Source: Edaphobacter aggregans (lineage in GTDB: Bacteria; Acidobacteriota; Terriglobia; Terriglobales; Acidobacteriaceae). From it: 32,000 nucleotides of DNA. Made by a program: the position numbers and the translations under genes. The stretch covers positions 2,040,001-2,072,000 of the forward strand of contig NZ_RSDW01000001.1 in NCBI RefSeq assembly GCF_003945235.1, in the 5' to 3' direction. Below, piece by piece: positions 18,982 to 25,576 of the stretch (its first letter is position 1; each line of letters starts with the position of its first letter). The notes below the pieces were generated by a model. That model was not told the DNA's origin. It did no database searches and was given only the letters and a program-made list of their open reading frames with translations.

Positions 18982-20019
18982 TTACTGAGGCTTTGCAACG
19001 GTCTTCGTAGTCGTATTCGAAGCAATCGGCTGATCGGGCAGCACATTGTCTCCCAGCGTAAGCGGCAGCTGCTGCGCACGGCCGTAGCTGTCGTAAGCCC
19101 GGACGATTCGCTGCACAAGATGGTGCCGCACAACGTCGACGTCTTCGAAGTGACAGAAACGAATGCCTTCGACGCCGTCGAGAACATGCAGCGCCTCAAG
19201 CAGGCCGGATTTTTTTGGATTCGGTAGATCGGTCTGCGTCAGATCTCCGGTGATGACGGCCTTGGAGTTGTTGCCCAGCCGGGTGACGAACATCTTCATC
19301 TGTTCGGTTGTCGTGTTCTGAGCCTCGTCCATGATGATGAACGCGTCGTTGAGTGTGCGGCCACGCATGAAGGCTAGTGGCGCGACCTCGATGACGTTCG
19401 ACTCGAGCATCTTGTCGACCTTCGGGGGATCGAGCAGGTCATAGAGAGCGTCGTACAGGGGTCGTAGGTAGGGATCGACCTTCTCCTGCAGTGAACCCGG
19501 CAGGAAGCCCAAGCGCTCACCTGCCTCGACAGCGGGCCGAACGAGGATAATACGGCTGACCTTCTTGGCCATCAGGGCTGAGACGGCCATGGCCACGGCA
19601 AGGTATGTCTTGCCGGTGCCGGCTGGGCCAAGCCCGAAGGTCATGTCACTCTGCTCAATGGCTTCGACATACTTGCGCTGGTTCGGCGACCGAGGCTGAA
19701 CCATGCGCTTGACTCCAGCCGACCGCTGCTTACCGGAATCAACTAGTGAGCGAAGCGTGACACTTGAGTCGGCAACAACCAGTTTGAGCATCCCGTGGAG
19801 TTCCCCGTTGCCGAGCGTAACGCCGGATTTGCGGAGGGAATCGAAATCAGCGAAGACCCGCTCGGTACGGGCGATGTTCTCAGCCTCGCCGGTCACCTGG
19901 ATCGCATCGGAGCGGAGATCGATGGCAACGTGGAGGCCATCTTCCAGTAGACGAAGGTTCTCGTCGTGGGTTCCATACAGGGTCTCAATACCGGGAGTGA
20001 TTTCCAGGGATTTTTTCAT
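18982..20019 (-). CDS. phoH: PhoH-like ATPase
   Basis: About 345 aa with Walker A GPAGTGKTYLAVA and a PhoH-family core (ILVRPAVEAGERLGFLPG). I prefer ATG 20019; the track uses TTG 20022. GGAGG lies 12-15 nt upstream. Confidence 0.92.
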   Translation of the reverse strand: MKKSLEITPGIETLYGTHDENLRLLEDGLHVAIDLRSDAIQVTGEAENIARTERVFADFDSLRKSGVTLGNGELHGMLKLVVADSSVTLRSLVDSGKQRSAGVKRMVQPRSPNQRKYVEAIEQSDMTFGLGPAGTGKTYLAVAMAVSALMAKKVSRIILVRPAVEAGERLGFLPGSLQEKVDPYLRPLYDALYDLLDPPKVDKMLESNVIEVAPLAFMRGRTLNDAFIIMDEAQNTTTEQMKMFVTRLGNNSKAVITGDLTQTDLPNPKKSGLLEALHVLDGVEGIRFCHFEDVDVVRHHLVQRIVRAYDSYGRAQQLPLTLGDNVLPDQPIASNTTTKTVAKPQ

Positions 20020-20322
20020 CAATGAGGGTGCTGACCTCCGTCAGTCGAAGCTTGGTTATTGGATACAGAACAGGTTGGAAGAGATGCAGCAGGCTGAGTC
20101 TGACGCGCAGCGCGGGGAGTGCGCTTTTTGACTACGACCGGGATGGCTAGAGTGGCCAATGTGTCGAAGATGGGCACAGACTAGAACTTGCGGGCGGGTG
20201 CGTCAAGGGGCAAATGATGAAATTCTGTCTCGGGACTAACCAGCGAAGGAACAATCTGCCATGGCGGGATTCAGGGGACGGAGCTGATGCCAGACGTGGG
20301 TTGGGACGCATGATTTTGTGGT

Positions 20323-20595
20323 ACCCCCTCCCTACCTAAGGGCTCTAAAGTATTCGAATCATGTGGTTTAGGTTCGGACTTCGCCTTGGCTAGCGGTAAA
20401 GTACTGATTTTAGGTGTCTCTGTACGGCAAAGTATTCCATTCAAATGGTTTAGATTCTATTATGCAAAAAGCAAAGCCCCGGAGATTTTCCGGGGCTTTT
20501 GCTTCTCTCTATTTATTGTAGCGAAATGAGTGGAATTATTATGCACGCCGATCTCATTGATTCGATGATGGTTATTTGCATTAGGGCTTGACAGG
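20323..20595 (+). repeat. Modular intergenic element, copy R2
   Basis: See R1. The best block (TAAAGT.TTCGAAT.AT..GGTTTAGGTT.GGACT) has 30 of 35 positions identical by hand count. The copy ends in GGCTTGACAGG, with TTGACA at 20588-20593. Confidence 0.8.
20471..20506 (+). terminator. Strong GC hairpin plus T-tract inside R2, with no plus-strand gene upstream
   Basis: AAAGCCCCGG (20473-20482) pairs with CCGGGGCTTT (20490-20499) around the loop AGATTTT, then TTTTGCTTCTCTCTATTT. The opposite strand also shows a T-rich run (CTTTGCTTTTTGC). Confidence 0.6.
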
Positions 20596-20704
20596 TTTAG
20601 GGGGTGGGAAAGAACAAGCAACGGCAAAGACAACAGCCGATCCCTGCGGGATGACAACAAGAAAGCGGACAAGACACAACAAAAGCAAAAACGAAAGGCG
20701 GGGG
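20594..20704 (+). repeat. A/C-rich hairpin element, copy A
   Basis: GGTTTAGGGGGTGGGAAAGAACAAGCAACGGCAAAGACAACAGCCG-ATCCC-TGC-GGGAT-GACAACAAGAAAGCGGACAAGACACAACAAAAGCAAAAACGAAAGGCGGGG. It aligns with copy C across its full length, apart from two indels. Confidence 0.8.
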
Positions 20705-20755
20705 TCTCTCCACTGGCGCTGCTCACGATGAGGCTGTGAGCAGCTTCGAGATGAC
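20705..20755 (+). repeat. Conserved-loop hairpin element, copy G
   Basis: The stem GCTGCTCAC (20718-20726) pairs with GTGAGCAGC (20736-20744) around the loop GATGAGGCT, with flanks ..TCCACTGGC and TTCGAGATGAC. It is homologous to 28031-28095. Confidence 0.75.
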
Positions 20756-20850
20756 GGTTTTTGGGGTGGGGAAAGGGTAAAACAACTACAACAGCAGATC
20801 CCCCTGGCTGGGATGACAAGCAAGACAAACATGATATGCAAGAAAAGCAA
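20756..20850 (+). repeat. A/C-rich hairpin element, copy B
   Basis: GGTTTTTGGGGTGGGGAAAGGGTAAAACAACTACAACAGCAG-ATCCC-CCTGGCT-GGGAT-GACAAGCAAGACAAACATGATATGCAAGAAAAGCAA. Confidence 0.75.
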
Positions 20851-20984
20851 TATGGTTGACCTTGAGGGTGAAGTTCCGTAGACTTAGAGATTGCAGGGGA
20901 TGTGGCGGGCTGTGTTTCTGGCCAGCCCCCGGACTGCATCCTAAATTTTCCCGACAAGAAACGGGCTAGAGAAGAGAGTTCAGA

Positions 20985-21263
20985 ATGGCAAATCATGTTT
21001 CGTCGTTGAAGCGCGCACGTCAGACCGAGACCAAGACCGCGGTTAACCGCGCCAACAAGAGCAAGCTGCGTGGCACGCTGCGTTCGCTGCGTGAGGCGAT
21101 TGCCTCGGGCGATGCGAAGACGCTGGGCGCTGCTTATAGCGCGACCGTGTCCGTGCTCGACAAGAGCGTCCAGAAGGGCGTTCTGCACAAGAACACCGCG
21201 AGCCGCTACAAGAGCCGCCTGAATGCGCGTGTGAAGGCCGTCGTTAGCAAGAAGGCTGCTTAA
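20985..21263 (+). CDS. rpsT: 30S ribosomal protein S20
   Basis: 92 aa beginning [30 protein letters not shown]...; basic and of typical S20 length and sequence. Confidence 0.93.
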   Translation: MANHVSSLKRARQTETKTAVNRANKSKLRGTLRSLREAIASGDAKTLGAAYSATVSVLDKSVQKGVLHKNTASRYKSRLNARVKAVVSKKAA

Positions 21264-21431
21264 TACTCCCAATAAAGCGGGAACGTAGTGCAGAGTACGG
21301 TAGTTGGTGGTCAACTAGCGGTTTAAAGCGTGGGAAGCGTGGTAACTGGACACACGTTTTTCAAGTTTGAGACCGGCGAACAACAGATCAAGTGAGAGGG
21401 CTAGCATCCGCACATCGGAGCTGGCCCTTTC

Positions 21432-23084
21432 CTATTTCGGGGACGCGGATGGGGGGGCATCGGGGTGCGGGGCCTCGGGGGAGAAGAGGCTTGGCGGTTT
21501 GCGATTTTGCTGCGATGGCGGGGCGGCGGCGTTGTCGGCAGGCGGGGGATCGGCTGGAGGGGCTCCCGGGTCCTGGGCGGCAGGATTTGGAGGCGTGCTA
21601 TTGGAAGCATTGCCGGTATTTGCCTGGTTCGACGCTAAGCCCGGGGGGGGAGATCCAGCGGGCGGGGCGGCTGCCTCGGAAGGTGATGGCGACACAGTAA
21701 CAGAGCGAGACAGACTGACGGGCGCCTCTGTCTCCTTCGGGCCCATCGTCTGGGCTTCTTTCACCGCAGCCTGATCCTTTGGGGTCAGCGGCGGCAGGCT
21801 GTATATGTCGATCTCGTTGATATGTAAAACAGCGAAGCTCATACCGTCGGGGGAGAGCGAGAAGTTCTGACCGGCGCGCTGGACTGGAAGCGACTCGACG
21901 CGGAGCAACTGCTTGCCGCTGTCGACCTGGTAGACAATGATGCTTTGCGGGCCGAAGAACTCGGGTAGAGGAAGATCCATGTCGCCGATGGAGCCATGGG
22001 TGATGAGACGGCTAAGAGCAAACCGTCCGGTGGCAGGAGCGAAGACGGCGGAGGGAGCGACATAGGAGTCGGAGAGGCTCTGCTCCCACATCTCCTCGCC
22101 TTTCAGGTTGAAGGCGCCGATGGTCTGCGGGGTGTGACCGCCGTGACAACCGAAGGCGATGAACTCGCTGCGGGTGACGAAGAGCGGCGACGGGCGGCAG
22201 CTGGAGTCGAAGGGGGAGAGTTCGCTTACCTTGCCTCCGTAGGTGTTGAAGTCGAAGGCCCAATGGTCACGGCCCTGGTCAAGGACGGCGAGATACCCTG
22301 CGGCTGTGGTTGGAATCCGTCCGGGAACGCGAGCGTGACTTTCGCCGGCAGCACGGAGCCGGACTTCATCGTTTCCAACCGGCATCGACACTCTGAAGAA
22401 ATTGATCTGTACAGCGTTTGGGCCATTCTCCTGTTGCTGATCTGAAGATGACTGGCCTGAGGCCGGGTTCCCACCAAACATAGACCGAATCGGGGAGACC
22501 GTTCCGCTATCCGAAGGAAGGGGCGAAGAACTCAAGGTCTCGATGATGAGCAGGTCTGCATCGGGCGAAAAAAGTATGCCTGCAATGCGGCGGTCCGTGG
22601 TGATGAGTGGGCGCTCAAGGAACGGTTGACCCGTGGTCAGGTTGGCGAGTGGAGCAAAGGTGGTGAGAGTTTCCTGAATGCGTAGGAGGAAGCGACCGTT
22701 GCCAAGGCTCCAGAGGTACTGGCCGTGGTCGTGCAGACGCCACCCGGTTCGGGCCAGAACGCGGCCGGAGGGGACCTCAATCAGGACTGCGTCTACATTG
22801 CGGTCGCGGTCTTCGGGCGGGTCGTTGGGTATGCGCTTGAGGAGACGCCGGGAGGTAAAGGTTATGAGCAGATGCTTGTCATCCACGAAGTGGAGCGTGT
22901 ACATGGAGCTGCCTGCAAGGAGGAACTGAGGCGAGATGGGGAGAAAGCCCATCGACTCCAGAGGGATGCGGATGGCGGGGTCAGGCCCCTTGGAGAACAG
23001 AGGAGCCGTTATCAGGGAAAGCAGGAGGAGAGCAAGCCCATGGCGGAACTGGACGGACGCGCGGTTTTTGGCGGGAACCGACAT
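21432..23084 (-). CDS. Uncharacterised secreted protein with a Pro/Ala-rich C-terminal tail
   Basis: 550 aa with a signal-like N-terminus (GLALLLLSLITAPLFS). The body of about 440 aa has beta-rich, repeat-like character, and I recognise no catalytic motif. The final 100 aa or so are low complexity (P/A/S/N). Codon usage looks native. Confidence 0.7.
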   Translation of the reverse strand: MSVPAKNRASVQFRHGLALLLLSLITAPLFSKGPDPAIRIPLESMGFLPISPQFLLAGSSMYTLHFVDDKHLLITFTSRRLLKRIPNDPPEDRDRNVDAVLIEVPSGRVLARTGWRLHDHGQYLWSLGNGRFLLRIQETLTTFAPLANLTTGQPFLERPLITTDRRIAGILFSPDADLLIIETLSSSPLPSDSGTVSPIRSMFGGNPASGQSSSDQQQENGPNAVQINFFRVSMPVGNDEVRLRAAGESHARVPGRIPTTAAGYLAVLDQGRDHWAFDFNTYGGKVSELSPFDSSCRPSPLFVTRSEFIAFGCHGGHTPQTIGAFNLKGEEMWEQSLSDSYVAPSAVFAPATGRFALSRLITHGSIGDMDLPLPEFFGPQSIIVYQVDSGKQLLRVESLPVQRAGQNFSLSPDGMSFAVLHINEIDIYSLPPLTPKDQAAVKEAQTMGPKETEAPVSLSRSVTVSPSPSEAAAPPAGSPPPGLASNQANTGNASNSTPPNPAAQDPGAPPADPPPADNAAAPPSQQNRKPPSLFSPEAPHPDAPPSASPK

Positions 23085-23264
23085 GGCAGAGTGCGCGTAT
23101 CTGTACTCTTACACGGCGCGTGGCACTACTGTTTCACAGATGAAGGCGTGTCGACAATGGCCTCTGTGCTGCGTCGAACAGAATGACGGTTCTTGTTTGT
23201 CAATGTTACAAAGACATAGTCGCGCACCGGAAGCGTAAGGGTACGCATTAACGAGGAGATTTGC

Positions 23265-25382
23265 ATGTCGAACGGACGGAAGATGTTGCTGCAGCGCCAC
23301 TTGGGGCGGACGGCAGGATGGGGCGCAGCGGTTGCGCTAGTTACAGCAGGCGCCTGGAGCACGGGTTTGGCCCAGCAGAACAAGACTGCGGCGTCGCCAG
23401 ATAAGGCAGCTCTGGTCTATGTGCCGATTCCGGGGTTCGACAAGACTTCGATTGATAGCTCAGTCGATCCTTGCAACGACTTCTACAAGTTCGCCTGCGG
23501 CAAGTTCGTGACAAATCATCCGATTCCGTCGGATCAGCCGAGTGTGGATCAGTTCTACGCGCTGTACAACGTGAATACCCAGTCGCTGAACGGGATTCTG
23601 GACAAGGCGGCTGCGGGTGGTGCGTCCCGGTCGGCGGATGAGCAGAAGATTGGCGACTACTACAAGAGCTGCATGGATGAGAGCGCGATCGAGGCCAAGG
23701 GACTGACTCCGGTCGATCCGCTGCTCCATGAGATTGATGCTCTGACCAGCAGGAAGGAGCTACCGGCACTGGTCGGGAAGCTGCAGCGTTTTGGCGTCGA
23801 TGTCTTCTTCGGCTATGGCGAGCAGCAGGACTTCAAGGACGCGAGCAAGCAGATCGCTTCTGTCGACCAGGGTGGCCTGGGTATGCCGGAACGCGACTAC
23901 TATCTGCGCACGGGGGCGAAGGACGAGACACTGCGTCAGCAGTATGTGGCTCACGTGGCGAAGATGCTGGTTCTCGGCGGGAGCACTCCTGAGCAGGCGG
24001 ACAAGGACGCTAAGGGAATCATGACGCTCGAGACTGCGCTGGCGAAGGCTTCGATGCCGGTGACGGAACGGCGCGATCCGGAGAAGGTTTATCACCTGCA
24101 GACGATCGCGACCTTCGAGTCGGAGATGCCGGGTGTGAACTTCGGGGAGTTCATGGATGCTGTGCACTCGCCGCGCGTGACGGAGCTGAACAATGCCAAC
24201 CCTGAGTATTTTCCTGCGATGATGAAGGCGCTTCATTCGACCGATCTTGAAGTCCTGAAGGCTTATATGCGTTATCACGTGCTTACGGCAGCGGCGAATC
24301 GTCTGCCGAAGAAGTTCGATGATGAGAACTTCGACTTCTATGGACGCAAGCTGGAGGGTCAGCCTGAACAGTCGGCTCGGTGGAAGCGCTGCTCGAATGC
24401 GGTGAATGGCGCGCTGGGTGAGGCGCTGGGCAAGGTGTATGTGGACCAGTATTTTGCCGGGGACAGCAAGGCGAAGATGCTGGAGATGGTGCATGACATC
24501 GAGGCCGCGATGGATCACGATATCGACCAGCTGGACTGGATGTCGGGAACGACGAAGGTGCGCGCCAAGGAGAAGCTGCATGCGGTGGCCAACAAGATTG
24601 GCTATCCGGAGAAGTGGCGTGACTATAGCTCGCTCGAGATCAAGGCTGATGATGCGCTGGGTAATAAGTTCCGCGCGACGGCGTTTGAGAATGATCGCCA
24701 GCTGAACAAGATCGGCAAGCCGGTTGATCATAGCGAGTGGGGTATGACTCCCCCGACGGTGAATGCTTATTACGACCCGAGCATGAATGACATCAACTTC
24801 CCGGCTGGGATTTTGCAGCCTTCGTTCTATGACTCGAAGCAGGACGATGCGGTGAACTATGGCCACATCGGCGCTGTGATTGGGCATGAGCTAACGCACG
24901 GCTTCGATGATGAGGGACGGAAGTTCGACGCCAAAGGGAACATGACCGACTGGTGGACGCCGGAGGACGCGAAGAAGTTCGAGACCCGGACGGATTGCCT
25001 GGTGAATGAGTACGGCGGGTTCACGGCTGTCGATGATGTGAAGGTGAATGGCAAGCTGACATTGGGCGAGAACACTGCTGATAATGGCGGCCTGGTGCTG
25101 GCCTACATTGCATACCTTGAGCGGGCGAAGGCTAATAAGGTGGATCTGTCGGCCAAGGTCGATGGCTTTACTTCTCCCCAGCGGTTCTACATTGGCTATG
25201 CGCAGAACTGGTGTGAGAATTCTCGGCCTGAGGCGGTGAGGCAGCAGGTGCTGACTGATCCTCACTCGCCGGATCACTTCCGTGCCAATGGCGCGATTGT
25301 GAATCAGCCGGGATTTGCGGAGGCGTTCGGGTGTAAGAAGGGCTCGCCGATGGTACCTGCTAATAGCTGCCGAGTCTGGTAG
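23265..25382 (+). CDS. M13 family zinc metallopeptidase (neprilysin/PepO/endothelin-converting-enzyme-like)
   Basis: 705 aa with a signal/TAT-like N-terminus. The zinc motif is HELTHGFD, with downstream GENTADNGG, and the protein ends ...CRVW as is typical of M13. A GAGGAG Shine-Dalgarno lies 7 nt before the ATG. Confidence 0.92.
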   Translation: MSNGRKMLLQRHLGRTAGWGAAVALVTAGAWSTGLAQQNKTAASPDKAALVYVPIPGFDKTSIDSSVDPCNDFYKFACGKFVTNHPIPSDQPSVDQFYALYNVNTQSLNGILDKAAAGGASRSADEQKIGDYYKSCMDESAIEAKGLTPVDPLLHEIDALTSRKELPALVGKLQRFGVDVFFGYGEQQDFKDASKQIASVDQGGLGMPERDYYLRTGAKDETLRQQYVAHVAKMLVLGGSTPEQADKDAKGIMTLETALAKASMPVTERRDPEKVYHLQTIATFESEMPGVNFGEFMDAVHSPRVTELNNANPEYFPAMMKALHSTDLEVLKAYMRYHVLTAAANRLPKKFDDENFDFYGRKLEGQPEQSARWKRCSNAVNGALGEALGKVYVDQYFAGDSKAKMLEMVHDIEAAMDHDIDQLDWMSGTTKVRAKEKLHAVANKIGYPEKWRDYSSLEIKADDALGNKFRATAFENDRQLNKIGKPVDHSEWGMTPPTVNAYYDPSMNDINFPAGILQPSFYDSKQDDAVNYGHIGAVIGHELTHGFDDEGRKFDAKGNMTDWWTPEDAKKFETRTDCLVNEYGGFTAVDDVKVNGKLTLGENTADNGGLVLAYIAYLERAKANKVDLSAKVDGFTSPQRFYIGYAQNWCENSRPEAVRQQVLTDPHSPDHFRANGAIVNQPGFAEAFGCKKGSPMVPANSCRVW

Positions 25383-25410
25383 TTCGCTGGTTTCTAGTTT
25401 GCGCGAAGTG

Positions 25411-25445
25411 AAAGGCCCCGGATTTGTCCGGGGCTTTTCTGTTTT
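25411..25445 (+). terminator. Intrinsic terminator of the M13 peptidase gene
   Basis: AAAGGCCCCGGA-TTTG-TCCGGGGCTTTT, with stem 25415-25422 pairing with 25427-25434 and A/T extension, followed by CTGTTTTGG. Confidence 0.8.
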
Positions 25446-25543
25446 GGTTTAGGTGGTGAAGAGGACAAGCAACGACAACGGCAAAAACAACAGCAGGTCC
25501 CCTTCGGGGATGACAAGCAAGAAAAGCAAAAACAAAGGCGGGA
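25446..25543 (+). repeat. A/C-rich hairpin element, copy C
   Basis: GGTTTAGGTGGTGAAGAGGACAAGCAACGACAACGGCAAAAACAACAGCAGG-TCCCC-TTC-GGGGA-TGACAAGCAAGAAAAGCAAAAACAAAGGCGGG. It lies directly between the M13 terminator and the EamA start. Confidence 0.8.
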
Positions 25544-25576
25544 TGAGGCAGGGCTGTTTTGTGCGACAGTGGGAGT

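Noticed and set aside
20105-20129. Small hairpin GCGCA / TGCGC followed by TTTTT on the plus strand upstream of phoH
   Set aside because: It has only a 5-bp stem with a 10-nt loop, and no plus-strand transcription unit lies upstream. It probably lies within the phoH promoter or leader region by chance.
20214-20339. 41-aa ORF (MMKFCLGTNQRRNNLPWRDSGDGADARRGLGRMILWYPLPT) ending exactly where R2 homology begins
   Set aside because: It is tempting because it would give the R2 hairpin an upstream gene to terminate, mirroring corC and R1. However, the peptide has no hydrophobic or recognisable character, the AAGGGG Shine-Dalgarno is only 3 nt from the ATG, and I cannot assess conservation. I treat it as unsupported. 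It is still worth a tblastn or Ribo-seq check.
20345-20372. TTCGAAT words in the R-element units that recall a tRNA T-loop (GTTCGAATC)
   Set aside because: No flanking T-stem complementarity, acceptor stem or anticodon arm can be drawn. There is no tRNA or tRNA-derived structure here.
20526-20591. 21-aa ORF inside the conserved spacer of R2 (MSGIIMHADLIDSMMVICIRA), with a counterpart in R1 (MRVIIRRVDFIDLMLD...)
   Set aside because: Differences between the two copies fall at first and second codon positions as often as at third, giving S/R, G/V, S/L and M/L changes. The R1 version runs on without the same stop, and R3 has no ATG. Conservation is at the nucleotide level, not the protein level.
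20460-21314. 284-aa minus-strand ORF spanning the repeat region and rpsT
   Set aside because: It runs antisense through rpsT and then through elements B, G, A and part of R2. Its low-complexity Cys/Ser/Leu translation derives from the A/C-rich repeats. It has no start context.
23121-23136. Weaker sigma-54-like matches: TGGCACtactgTTTCA upstream of the M13 peptidase gene, and TGGCACtaaagTTTCG at 29512-29527
   Set aside because: Both replace the highly conserved G of the -12 GC dinucleotide with T, and TGGCAC alone is expected by chance in GC-rich DNA. I kept only the better 4683 site, itself at low confidence.
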